A DNA stretch of 64,000 nt from an uncultured Poribacteria bacterium (GTDB lineage: Bacteria; Poribacteria; WGA-4E; WGA-3G). The stretch spans positions 128,001 to 192,000 of the forward strand of contig CATQHZ020000001.1 of assembly GCA_958296135.2 (NCBI GenBank), in the 5' to 3' direction. The notes below the pieces were generated by a model, which made no database searches, was not told the origin of the DNA, and saw only the letters and a list, made by a program, of their open reading frames with translations. The translations under genes and the position numbers were made by a program. Each line of letters opens with the position of its first letter. Positions within the stretch are counted from its first letter, which is position 1. Shown here piece after piece: positions 18,615-32,209 of this stretch.

Positions 18615-19658
18615 TTAACCGGCGGCAGCCCCGCCAACTTCTTGCAAAACCGCCGCGGCGCGCAGTGCCGGTTCCGAAGTAGCGTCGCGCTTGATGATGC
18701 GGTTAAGGTGCAACACGGCGCGGACATCGCCGCCCCTCGCTAACTCCAATGCTTCCTCGAACCCTCTGTTGCCGTAACTGAGGTCTCTCGGAATAACCGT
18801 GAGTTCGTGAGCCTTCCAATAATACTTCAGTTCGTCGGACTTCCAGTCGCGGTAGACATCTTTCCACTGGAGCGCGTCGAAAATGTTCAGGTGCGGCTCC
18901 AGCATGTGCTCAGCGATCGGCGCGTCGACTGCCTGATAACGGTTGTCCAGCGAAACGCGAAGCCGGTCTTCCGTCAAATTCGGCAGTGCCTTGTGGATAG
19001 TCAGCGCGGGAAAGATGAGCGTATCCCCGATTTCGTAGTTCGTGGAGTGCCATTCGCCTTCCAAATCGTCGGTATCCACGCACAAACTGCCGGCACCGAG
19101 GGAAAAGTGGTGGGCTAGCACCTTGTTGGATTTGTGCGAACCGGGCAACACTGCCAAGCCGCCTAACTCGATCGGGCAATCTCCCACCGGTGCCCAACAG
19201 GTATACGTCTCGAAATTTCCTTGAAAGTGGACGAAGTCCTGATGGATAGGAGTCGTATGCGCCGTATACTTCGGAAACCAGAGGCGCGCAATCTTCTGCG
19301 GATGCGGCAGCACCGGCTTCCCGATAATCCTCTCCACCATCCCCACTACCTCGGGCCAGTGCCCAGAGCGGTGGAACGCTTCTAACTTATACACATCGTG
19401 GTATACGTCCGTGTACTCCGAGTCGCCCTCGGTGCATTGGGTGGAGATATCGGCGATGCCGTCCATCGGGTCTGTGCCTGCGACGAGCCAGCCACCGGCT
19501 TGGATAGTTGTGAGCATCTCCTTGCGGAGAGCCCGGAGGTTGCCCGGGTCTTGCAACTGCTTGAAGAAGAGATATCCTTCCTCGGCGATGCGGAGACGGA
19601 GTTCGCCCGGGTCATTCATCGCATCGTTTGAGACGCGAAGTTCTTTTAATGCTGACAT
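18615..19658 (-). CDS. Phytanoyl-CoA dioxygenase (PhyH) family Fe(II)/2OG oxygenase
   Basis: EGYLF, TPIHQD (HxD), W.PVGD, GGL.VLPGSH, distal H in TIHKALPN, R.SLD.RY. Confidence 0.88.
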   Translation of the reverse strand: MSALKELRVSNDAMNDPGELRLRIAEEGYLFFKQLQDPGNLRALRKEMLTTIQAGGWLVAGTDPMDGIADISTQCTEGDSEYTDVYHDVYKLEAFHRSGHWPEVVGMVERIIGKPVLPHPQKIARLWFPKYTAHTTPIHQDFVHFQGNFETYTCWAPVGDCPIELGGLAVLPGSHKSNKVLAHHFSLGAGSLCVDTDDLEGEWHSTNYEIGDTLIFPALTIHKALPNLTEDRLRVSLDNRYQAVDAPIAEHMLEPHLNIFDALQWKDVYRDWKSDELKYYWKAHELTVIPRDLSYGNRGFEEALELARGGDVRAVLHLNRIIKRDATSEPALRAAAVLQEVGGAAAG

Positions 19659-19846
19659 CTGTCTTCCTCCTTTCTAATGGGTGTAAATTAAGGATACCAC
19701 ACGGTGGGGCTGAAGTCAAGTTGTTTTGCGTTTTAGGCAGAACGATTCAGTTTTCGGTTTCTGAGTGGCTGCGGACGTTTTCCGTTTGGGTGCGGGCTTG
19801 TGAGGGATAGGTTTTCCCTCGCGCTACGATGAGCGGGCGATTCTTT

Positions 19847-19889
19847 GGCGTAGTCCGGATTGGCTTGATGGAAAGCAATGTCTTTGGGG
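19847..19889 (-). pseudogene. Remnant of a second hicB-like copy
   Basis: Encodes PKDIAFHQANPDYA versus PKNIAFHQNDPDYA in the intact gene at 22193-22462; DNA is clearly alignable. Confidence 0.7.
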
Positions 19890-20283
19890 CAGGGCAAGTT
19901 CAGGCGAGCTGGTTTCCCTACAGAGATGAGGCAAATCAACGTCCTTTGGTATTATTCTTTATCTGTCCCCACTGCGTGCTTTTTTTTTTCGCGCGGCGAT
20001 ACGTCCAGGGCACCCGCCACCCAGTCTACGGAGAGGTTTTCACCGGGAAGAAATGTTTGCCCTGCTTCTGGAAGGAAGCCGCCTAAAAAAACGATTTTGG
20101 CCTGGGCGAGGAGGGAAAGCAGCAAGAACGGCACACAAGCGAAGAAGAGGCTATGTTTCATCGTGTTTCTCCGTTTTGTGCGGACAGGGATGCAGGTGCC
20201 AGGACGGCGTGCCATTGGGCGGTGGACACCTGCATTCGTGATAAGTCTACGGACTAAAATCCACGGAAGGTCCCGTGAACCAG

Positions 20284-20376
20284 TGAGGGGCAGATATATT
20301 ACCTGCCCCTCGGAGAGGTTTTCCGGCGGTGCCTTACTTTCCTGCTGGGTTGCCCCCGGAGTTTCATCAGCGCAGA
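20284..20376 (-). pseudogene. Degenerate 3' half of 5S rRNA plus copy of its terminator hairpin
   Basis: GAGGTTTTCCGGCGG.G.CTTACTTTCC...TCATCAGCGCAGA aligns with 22519-22580; GGGGCAG...CTGCCCC mirrors the hairpin at 22488-22515. Confidence 0.8.
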
Positions 20377-20459
20377 TTGAATCTTGTTGGAGAGGAATAG
20401 TGCGTTTTTCCCTCACTCATGCTGATTTCATCTATTGATGTTTTAGCTTGACTGGAATG

Positions 20460-22010
20460 TTACCGCAGCGTGTTTACGTTGTTCTCGGATTTGGTATAGT
20501 CCACAAACGCCGTCGGATCTGTCCCGTTGAGGTATTCCTCAATGTTGGTGTATCCGTCGCTGTCTCTGTCCTTTGAGGCATTGGACGCGTCACGAGAATC
20601 AAGCCCGTACCTTATTTCCCACGCGTCGGGCAGACCGTCCCCATCGCTATCAAGGGGCGCAGACAGACTCTTGAGTTCCGGCCATCCGCCGACATCTGTC
20701 TGTGAGTCAATAATACCGCATTTTTTTGATTTATCGAGCACGGACCTATTATTTTCGTATGTTCCACCTTCATAAGTCGCATAGCTATTACGGGTTTCGT
20801 CAACAATGCGTGCATCTACTGTATCGCGTTTGGGTAACGAGGCACCTACATTGTCAAGAACAGAATAATAGGCTTCTTCAGCAGTTTGCTGATTGATAGG
20901 GATAGATGCAAAAGGTTGGTGGCGTTTTAATCCTGCAAGATAAGAACTGCCACCCTGAGGCTGCACGCCACCGTCCCAGTTGTTGGCTGTCACTGCTGTG
21001 TTGCCATGAACAACATTATCGGCAACATACCATTTGCCAAAGCCATCGTCCAAATTACGCGACGATGGATTAACAATACGGTGCGTCACCTCGCCCGGAC
21101 GAGTTGCAGGCCCTGGCTTAAAATAATTGGCTACCATATTGATCACGGAAAAGTTAAAATTCTCATTGCCTTGTTGTTTCTCGGCACCATAGACACTGTT
21201 AAAACCCCAGTTGTATACTACGTTATTTCTGAAATCGGTATATCCGCAACCCGAAGCAAAACGGGGATTACGACTGCTGTGGTGCGCCAGCAGGTTATGA
21301 TGGTACGTACTGTAGTTTGAGCCCCATATTCCTCCATACCCATGAGCACCTTTGGCGTGGCCAGCATTGTACAGACTTTCCGATATCAGACACCATTGAA
21401 TGGTGACGTTTTCGCAATGGTAGATAGACATTGTTTCATCAACACTCCAGCTTGCAGACACGTGGTCAATGATAATATTTTCGTGATACCTGCCTGAGAT
21501 GGCATCTGCATCAATGTCCGCTTCGTCCCCCAATCTCACCCTTATATACCTGATAATGACCTCGCTTGCATTAATTGAGAGAGGGTATCTCTTAATGCAA
21601 ATACCCTCTCCCGGGGCTGTCTGTCCGGCAATAGTGATATAGGGATGGGAGATTTTCAATGCACTTGCAAGGGTGATAGTACCCGAAACCCTGAACACGA
21701 CTATCCGCGGTCCCTCAGTTTCGCAGGCATCGCGCAAGCTGCCTGACCCGGCATCGTTCAAATTCGTCACCAAGATCACTTTTCCGCCTCTGCCGCCGCG
21801 AGTCATTGCACCAAAACCTTCGGCACCCGGGAACGCGGGAACAAGGGGCGTATCCGCTGCAAATGCATTCGAGATCAGCGCAAGAATACCAGCCGATACA
21901 AGAAGCTGGCATCTGTGCAGAAGTGCTGATTGGCGAAAACAGATTCGGAGATTAGTGCCAACGAGGGCGCGAAATGAATCTATAAATGTTATGAGAAATT
22001 GCTTTTCCAT
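20460..22010 (-). CDS. Pectate lyase-like (PL1-type) secreted protein with C-terminal DxDxDG Ca-binding repeats
   Basis: AFPGAEGFG..TRGGRGG.V..VTNLND.G.GSLR, TIAGQTAPG, IIDHVSASWSVDE, RNPR, NNV.YNWG, DSDGDGLPDAWE; the true start may be somewhat downstream. Confidence 0.88.
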   Translation of the reverse strand: MEKQFLITFIDSFRALVGTNLRICFRQSALLHRCQLLVSAGILALISNAFAADTPLVPAFPGAEGFGAMTRGGRGGKVILVTNLNDAGSGSLRDACETEGPRIVVFRVSGTITLASALKISHPYITIAGQTAPGEGICIKRYPLSINASEVIIRYIRVRLGDEADIDADAISGRYHENIIIDHVSASWSVDETMSIYHCENVTIQWCLISESLYNAGHAKGAHGYGGIWGSNYSTYHHNLLAHHSSRNPRFASGCGYTDFRNNVVYNWGFNSVYGAEKQQGNENFNFSVINMVANYFKPGPATRPGEVTHRIVNPSSRNLDDGFGKWYVADNVVHGNTAVTANNWDGGVQPQGGSSYLAGLKRHQPFASIPINQQTAEEAYYSVLDNVGASLPKRDTVDARIVDETRNSYATYEGGTYENNRSVLDKSKKCGIIDSQTDVGGWPELKSLSAPLDSDGDGLPDAWEIRYGLDSRDASNASKDRDSDGYTNIEEYLNGTDPTAFVDYTKSENNVNTLR

Positions 22011-22021
22011 AAAGTTTCCCC

Positions 22022-22124
22022 GCGTCTTACTTTCCCACGCGGTTTCCCCGCAGAAGGGCTTAACTGCCGTGTTCGGGCTGGGAACGGGTGGTGCCGTTCG
22101 CTATAGCCACCGGAAAGATGTGTT
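22022..22124 (-). pseudogene. 5S rRNA pseudogene with an internal deletion and clipped 3' end
   Basis: Near-identical to 22532-22651 but missing about 14 nt between the two CGCAG direct repeats and the terminal helix I strand. Confidence 0.88.
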
Positions 22125-22192
22125 AACGTGACGGACGCTTTCTCGCCCGTGCTAGATTGAGCGATTGAACGGACCGCTATAGACATCCGCTC

Positions 22193-22462
22193 TTACCTAT
22201 TCAGTGCCGAGAGGTCTACTGACACGGTTTCCCATACACCATCGGCGTAGTCCGGATCGTTTTGATGGAAAGCAATATTTTTGGGGGTAGGAATAGGCTC
22301 ACTGTCAAGCAACAAGCCTTCAAGATAACATTCAATGGCTTCCACGGCTTGCGTCAAGGCATCCTTGACTGTTTCCCCGGAAGTGAAGCACCCTGGTAAA
22401 TCTGGAACTGTCACCCCATAGTCGCTACCCGGGTCTTTGTGGAGAACAATGGAATAACGCAT
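22193..22462 (-). CDS. hicB: HicB-like antitoxin (no adjacent hicA)
   Basis: MRY.IV.HKD..S.YGVTVPDLPGCF..G.T..DA...A.EAI..Y, PIP.P. Confidence 0.88.
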   Translation of the reverse strand: MRYSIVLHKDPGSDYGVTVPDLPGCFTSGETVKDALTQAVEAIECYLEGLLLDSEPIPTPKNIAFHQNDPDYADGVWETVSVDLSALNR

Positions 22463-22485
22463 TGAGCACCTCTAGTTCTGTTAGA

Positions 22486-22515
22486 TGAGGGGCAGGTTTT
22501 AGCACCTGCCCTTTT
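22486..22515 (-). terminator. Hairpin downstream of 5S rRNA
   Basis: GGGCAGGT-tttagc-ACCTGCCC inverted repeat; its T-run is on the + side, so polarity is uncertain. Confidence 0.6.
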
Positions 22516-22523
22516 GGCGAGGT

Positions 22524-22643
22524 TTTCCGGCGGCGTCTTACTTTCCCACGGGGTTTCCCCCGCAGTATCATCAGCGCAGAAGGGCTTAACTGCCGTGTTC
22601 GGGATGGGAACGGGTGGTGCCCCTTCGCTATAGCCACCGGAAA
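22524..22643 (-). rRNA. rrf: 5S rRNA
   Basis: TTTCCGGTGGC...CACCCGTTCCCATCCCGAACACGGCAGTTAAGC...GATGATACTG...GGGAAAGTAAGACGCCGCCGGAAA with paired ends. Confidence 0.95.
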
Positions 22644-22719
22644 GATGTGTTGTCTTATTGACAAGAAAATTTGACAATTGCATAGGTATGTGAGGGGGTC
22701 GGTAGAAGTAATAAAGAAG

Positions 22720-25700
<2,981 letters not shown>

Positions 25701-25789
25701 GGTGATATTATTCTACCGATTTACCCTCTCTATGCAATTGTCAAAGAACGCCGCCTCCATCGGAAACTGGGTGCCCCCGAATAAAGACG

Positions 25790-25813
25790 ATGGAGATGAA
25801 CGGAATCGAACCG
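25790..25813 (-). repeat. Duplicate of the 3' end (T arm and acceptor) of tRNA-Ala
   Basis: ATGGAGATGA(A/G)CGGAATCGAACCG matches 25977-26000 with one mismatch. Confidence 0.75.
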
Positions 25814-25977
25814 TTTTCTGCTACGCTAATAACAGACGCTCACCTAAATGAACTACTCCTATGTCAAAATGTCAAAATGTCAAAAAAAACCAACTTTGTC
25901 AAATTCCGACGCTAGCCCACCCCGTTTCTCTCGTACTAAAGGTGACTGCGCCGCTGCTGGAGACAAACTAACTCGGA

Positions 25978-26050
25978 TGGAGATGAGCGGAATCGAACCG
26001 CTGACCTTCTGGTTGCAAACCAGATGCTCTCCCTTCTGAGCTACACCCCC
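25978..26050 (-). tRNA. tRNA-Ala(TGC), CCA not encoded
   Basis: GGGGGTGTAGCTCAG...CTGGT-TTGCA-ACCAG...GGTTCGATTCC...CATCTCCA; G3-U70 identity pair. Confidence 0.95.
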
Positions 26051-26067
26051 ACCTGGCATTCTCTTTA

Positions 26068-26405
26068 AGTATACCACAAAAAATGACAAATGTCAAATTA
26101 ATCGGTCGATTTCGTCATCGTTGAGGTTAATTATACCACAAATTTGTCGCAATGTCAAATTAAAATGACGATTTCTGCGGAATTCTGTGTAATTTACCAC
26201 AAAAAATGCGCGATGTCGAATTAATCGGTTGATTTCGTCATCGTTGAGGTTAATTATACCACAAATGCGTCGCAATGTCAAATTAAAATGACGATTTCTG
26301 CGGAATTCTGCTTAATTATACCACAAAAAATGCGCGATGTCAAATTAATCGGTCGATTTCGTCATCGTTGAGGTTAATTATACCACAAATGCGTCGCAAT
26401 GTCAA
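26068..26405 (-). promoter_or_regulatory. Array of six tandem sigma70 promoters with about 62-bp period
   Basis: TTGACA-17-TATAAT at 26130-26158, 26253-26281, 26315-26343, 26377-26405; TTGACA-17-TATACT at 26068-26096; TCGACA-17-TAAATT at 26191-26219; all have TGTGG before the -10. Confidence 0.88.
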
Positions 26406-26467
26406 ATTTATTCGCGAAAAAACGGATGTGCCGCCAAATTTAACCCCGAGCTATCGCCGCTGGCTAA

Positions 26468-27469
26468 CTAACGCAACCACGCGTCTACTTTGGCCGCATG
26501 CTCAAGTACCCAATTCTTGGCGAACTCAGCAGCGGGAATCTTGTCGACAACTATGGCATAGTTCATCTGGCTGACTTCCTCGCCGCTGAAGGCTACGCGT
26601 TGCAACATTTGGGCAACCTCCGGATGAGATTGCTCTAGCACTGCGGCGTGATAAACATACACACGAACGTGAGCCCAAGCAGTGTGGGCCTCGGAGGTTT
26701 CTAACCAATTCGGATCATCGGGCGGCATAACGATATGCCATTGACTGGCATCGTGAGGCTGTTCTTCGAGAACAACCAGTTCATGCCGCACGAAGACGTA
26801 ATGCGGGTTGTAACAAAAGAAGACGATATTTTGGTTATTTCTCACAGCGTCGTCAAGTGCTGCGAGAGCCAAAGCCTCGTCCATCTCTTTGAGGTGCATG
26901 GTCTGGGCGTAGCCATAAGACTTGGCGCGGATTTTTTCGATGGGCGTTGAAGCCCAATCGGTTGCGCCGATCCACATTTCTCCCTTGCCATCGCCATCAC
27001 TGTCGAACTGCGCCGCGAGCTGCGGGTTTGCTAAATCGCTGAGCTTGACAATACCGGTGCGTTGCGCTGAAGCCTTGGTGACACAGATGAATTGCTCAAG
27101 GACGTGGGGGGTTGTTCCTTGGAGCACCGTGCCGGCTTCAGTCACATACTTCTGGTGCAGTGAGTCTTGGTTCGGTAAATACACCGCTGGATGGACGTGC
27201 ATGTCACCCGAATCCATACCGGCGAAAATTTCCGTGTTTGTGCCTTCCTGCAACTTGACTTCAACCTCGAAATTGTCCTCGATTGCTACCTTGATGATGT
27301 GTGCTTTCGCGATAGCCCCGGGCCAGTTGGGCACCCCTACCACTAGCGTGTCGGCTTGAACCTGCTCCGGCATCTGTTGTGTGTCGTCCAAGACGCGCGC
27401 AACCTCGCAACCGATAAGGGTAGCGATGAGCACTGCGACACCTGCGAGCAGAAAACTAGCTCTTTTCAT
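26468..27469 (-). CDS. Glycine betaine/choline ABC transporter substrate-binding lipoprotein (OpuAC/ProX family)
   Basis: Lipobox LIGC; PNWP, D.GD..VHP..YLPNQ, FD.DGDGKGE.WIG...W.S, FFCY.PH; no permease or ATPase nearby. Confidence 0.85.
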   Translation of the reverse strand: MKRASFLLAGVAVLIATLIGCEVARVLDDTQQMPEQVQADTLVVGVPNWPGAIAKAHIIKVAIEDNFEVEVKLQEGTNTEIFAGMDSGDMHVHPAVYLPNQDSLHQKYVTEAGTVLQGTTPHVLEQFICVTKASAQRTGIVKLSDLANPQLAAQFDSDGDGKGEMWIGATDWASTPIEKIRAKSYGYAQTMHLKEMDEALALAALDDAVRNNQNIVFFCYNPHYVFVRHELVVLEEQPHDASQWHIVMPPDDPNWLETSEAHTAWAHVRVYVYHAAVLEQSHPEVAQMLQRVAFSGEEVSQMNYAIVVDKIPAAEFAKNWVLEHAAKVDAWLR

Positions 27470-27536
27470 GACATTCTCCTATCTGCCACAACATTGCGCG
27501 AATGTCACCTTAAAATGACAATTCTTGCGTGATTGT

Positions 27537-27640
27537 GGTTAATTCTACAAGTCGTTCACCTGTTTCGGGGTGCCAAACGTGAATGGCATCATAGCGGCCG
27601 CCGAAACAGGCGAAGCGTTGTCCATCGGGTGAAAAGGCGC
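27537..27640 (-). pseudogene. Orphan single WD40 repeat fragment
   Basis: A frame not listed in the ORF track reads AFSPDGQRFACFGGRYDAIHVWHPETGERLVELT. Confidence 0.6.
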
Positions 27641-27674
27641 GTCGGGATACGGCATTCCCAAGTTTCGCATTCGT

Positions 27675-28508
27675 TTAGCGGGTATAGCCGCGTTTGACGT
27701 TTGCCCAGGTGGTCGCGAGTTTATCGGCCGCATCTACGGCGAAGGTGCCGGAGATGTTTTGAAGAATCTCCGCCTCAGTGAGTGCCTTGTCGTATGCGCG
27801 GACGATGGCGAATGAACCGTTGAAAGTCCGCCGCCGTTCGTCGTAAGAATTCGCACCGATGGAGATATCGTCTATCGGCAATCCCTTGTCAAACTCAAAC
27901 CCGGCTTGATTGCTCACCTCTTTCCCGTCTTGGTACGCGACGATCGACTTGTCGTTAGTGCCGACGATTGTGAGCCAGGTCCACACGCCTTCCTCAAGTT
28001 TGAGGTTAAGCGGTTGAACACCTTGTTTAGCACCTTGCGCATGGACAGAGATGTCCAAGTTTTGCCCGTTGACTATCCAGAGGCGGATTCCTTGCTTGCC
28101 TTCCCGTGGGCTGTTTTGGAAGCCGGCGAAGTGGTGTTCCTCGACAAAGAAATCGCCGTTGCGTTTGCAAAGGAACTCAAGCGTCCAGTCCTCGAAAAAG
28201 AGGGGTGGATTTTTTGGGGGCGGCCCGCCAAAGGTTTGCAGGGAGTCCTTGGTGGTGTAATACTTCGCGTTCGGCAGCTCGAGCCCGAGCGCAGGGATTT
28301 TGATTGGCCCTTCTTCGAGTTCGGGTGCTTCGTCCGCAGCGGGTAATTCGCCCTCGGCGGTGCCGAGGTTTGTCCAAGCGTCTTTGTGGCCCGGATTATC
28401 GGCGGCATCGAGGTAAAGCACCGGGTCTGGAACGATATCGGCACTTGCGATGGTGCACGCGATGGAGAGAAAAAATATCGTCGTGCAAAGTGAAATCAGC
28501 ATTTTCAT
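27675..28508 (-). CDS. Secreted LamG/concanavalin-A-like protein with C-terminal AV...KLATTW tail
   Basis: Signal peptide from MKMLIS; LYLDA, WT.E, W..LTIV, YQDG, IGA, FNGS.A.VR.YDKALT..EI.QN; tail AVDAADKLATTWANVK. Confidence 0.85.
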   Translation of the reverse strand: MKMLISLCTTIFFLSIACTIASADIVPDPVLYLDAADNPGHKDAWTNLGTAEGELPAADEAPELEEGPIKIPALGLELPNAKYYTTKDSLQTFGGPPPKNPPLFFEDWTLEFLCKRNGDFFVEEHHFAGFQNSPREGKQGIRLWIVNGQNLDISVHAQGAKQGVQPLNLKLEEGVWTWLTIVGTNDKSIVAYQDGKEVSNQAGFEFDKGLPIDDISIGANSYDERRRTFNGSFAIVRAYDKALTEAEILQNISGTFAVDAADKLATTWANVKRGYTR

Positions 28509-28788
28509 TTGAGAGTTTCTCCTAGGGTTGAACAATGTTAAAAAAGTTTTTTCAGAAAAGAACCACCTTTTTTCAAAGGAAAACGAAGCGGGTTCTTCGC
28601 TGCTGCTCAAACCTTATTTTAACGTAGTTTCGAGATTTTGTCAAGAGACAAAATGCGGATGTCTCTATCCGTCCCTGAATCGGCGCGAACGGACAGCTAT
28701 AGAAATCTGTCCTTACAGGGCACCCGAGAACTGAATGTCTCTGATATTACGAGTTCTAATGTCACGGTGCAATCCGCTCTCCCCGTAT

Positions 28789-29490
28789 TTATGTCTCGGT
28801 TCGGAGTGCCTCTATCGGTGTGAATTGTGCTGCACGCATGGCTGGATAGACACCAAAATTGATGCCCATGAAAATCGAAAAGATGACAGAAATGAAAATC
28901 CACGGTAAAGATAACATGACGGGCCATTCCGGGACGATAGGAACAATGTGCACGGCGAGCCGCGCCATGCCGTGCGCAGCGAGCCAGCCACATCCGATGC
29001 CAGAGATACCGCCGGAGAGGCACAGACAGACCGATTCGGTTAAGAATTGCCAGAAAATATCAATGCGTTTCGCACCCATCGATTTCCGCAGTCCTATCTC
29101 GCGCGTCTTTTCACCGACGGAGACGAGGCAGATGTTCATGATACCGATGCCGCTGACAATGAGTGAGAAGCCCGCGATGCTGCCCAACGCGATTTTTATC
29201 ACCTTCTCAATGTGAGTGAGACGCTTAATCGTCCATCTCGCTGGCCATGAATAAACAAACTCATCGCGGTTGTGGTGCCGCTTGCGAATGACGGCCCGCG
29301 CTGCGACACTAACGGCATCTATCTCCGTGCCTTCTTTGAAGAAAACGGTCATTCGCTCAACGTAGTCTCGTCCTGATATTCGCTGACGGTAGGTGGACAA
29401 AGGGATACAGACAGCATCAGCCAGCGACCAGGCGGTGCGGAGGTTCCTGCCGCGTGGAGCCATTACACCGACAACGCGGCATCGCACGGG
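28789..29490 (-). pseudogene. 5'-truncated MacB/FtsX-family ABC permease (C-terminal about 230 aa only)
   Basis: VVGVM, IPLST, GIGIMNI.LVSV.EKTREIGLRKSMGA...I..QFLTES, GVYPA.RAA...PIEALR; the N-terminal TM and most of the periplasmic domain are absent. Confidence 0.8.
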
Positions 29491-29494
29491 ACGA

Positions 29495-29818
29495 GCCCAA
29501 ATAAAGGGTGCGTTTATCCGTTTGGCTGCTAAAGACGACAGGCAGTGAATACGTTCTAAATGAGACGATGTAGGGAAGCCCGCCGGCTTTACGTATTTGT
29601 GCCGCTTTCTCTTTCCAGGTGTCACGAGTGCGAAACGGATGTGCAGTTTTTGACATCAGGAACATCAGTCGCAAATGGTCATCGGTATTTCGGAGTTCTG
29701 TTGCATTGAGTGCCACAAGTAGAACAGCGTTCTGCGGGAGCCGCGTCTCGGCGTAAGCTGCAATCTCTGCCAAAGTGCGCGTGTTTCTGTTGCGGGAGGT
29801 TATCTGCCACGACTCCAC
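29495..29818 (-). pseudogene. Probable fragment of an unrelated protein gene joined to the permease fragment
   Basis: Protein-like frame (TLAEIAAYAETRLPQNAVLLV...GGLPYIVS...DKRTLY) with no clear start, running directly into permease DNA in another frame. Confidence 0.4.
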
Positions 29819-30066
29819 CGCAGCATGACTGATGCTGAAGGGCTCTCATCCATGGCCGGTTCAAGCCGCTCCGCGATGTCAGAACACATGCTTTTCAGGC
29901 GGCGCATCGGTTGGGAGGGACGTGGGTTGCGCAGGCAACAATGAGGACTAGGAGAAAAACGATAAAGGCTTTGATCAGACACTCCTTGAGTCCTTTTAAA
30001 GGAAACCTTTTGGGTTCTTTGGACTTAACATCCAGGCAAGCGAGGGGTGGGCAGACAAGCGCGGGA

Positions 30067-30140
30067 TGGGCTTATCTGGAGTCGAACCAGAGACCTCGCG
30101 CTTATCAGGCGCGCGCTCTAACCGTCTGAGCTATAAGCCC
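30067..30140 (-). tRNA. tRNA-Ile(GAT), CCA not encoded
   Basis: GGGCTTATAGCTCAG.CGGTTAGAGCGCGCGCCTGATAAGCGCGAGGTC.CTGGTTCGACTCCAGATAAGCCCA. Confidence 0.96.
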
Positions 30141-30238
30141 GAAGTAATGTTCTTGAAAGTTAAATAGTTTCAGTGCGTGTGCCCGTTAAGGTTCAGAGCG
30201 TGAACAGATGTTTTGTGTGAGAAAGCATCTGTTGTTTG

Positions 30239-31797
<1,559 letters not shown>

Positions 31798-31942
31798 AGT
31801 ATTGAAGCACATCTCAAACGCAGGTGAAAAATTCACCCACATCATAAATGAGGTGCACTCACAAGCTATAAAATAGGCACGTCACGTTCACTATTTAACT
31901 TTCAAAGAACAACTTCACCTTCCTTATTGAAAGGTTATCTTA

Positions 31943-31971
31943 ATTATACCCAATAAAATGGCGTTTGTCAA
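31943..31971 (-). promoter_or_regulatory. 16S rRNA promoter with upstream A/T-tract (UP-element-like) region
   Basis: TTGACA-17-TATAAT; long A/T tracts at 31972-32075. Confidence 0.85.
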
Positions 31972-32209
31972 ATTAAAATTGGCAAAAATTGCAGAATTTT
32001 ACGAAAAAAGACCTTTTTTTTAGTATTTTTTCACTATTTTTCACTATTTTTTTTAAAAAAGGTGTTTTTTTTATGATTTTCGTGGTTGAGATGCAAAAAA
32101 CGCGCGAATTGCGCGCGTTTTCCGCGCGCCGCGCGCGTGTTTTTTGGCAGCCAGGCAAAAACAGGCAAAAAACGCAGGGCTCGTTTCTCGCTCACCTCGA
32201 AAACCGCCG

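Noticed and set aside
20028-20050. Possible fourth 5S fragment (CGGAGAGGTTTTCACCGG)
   Set aside because: Only about 12 bp match the 5S 3' flank, too short to support.
26068-26405. Possible CRISPR array (regular 62-bp period)
   Set aside because: The intervening sequences alternate between two repeated types rather than being unique spacers, the conserved part is a -35/-10 promoter, and no cas genes are present.
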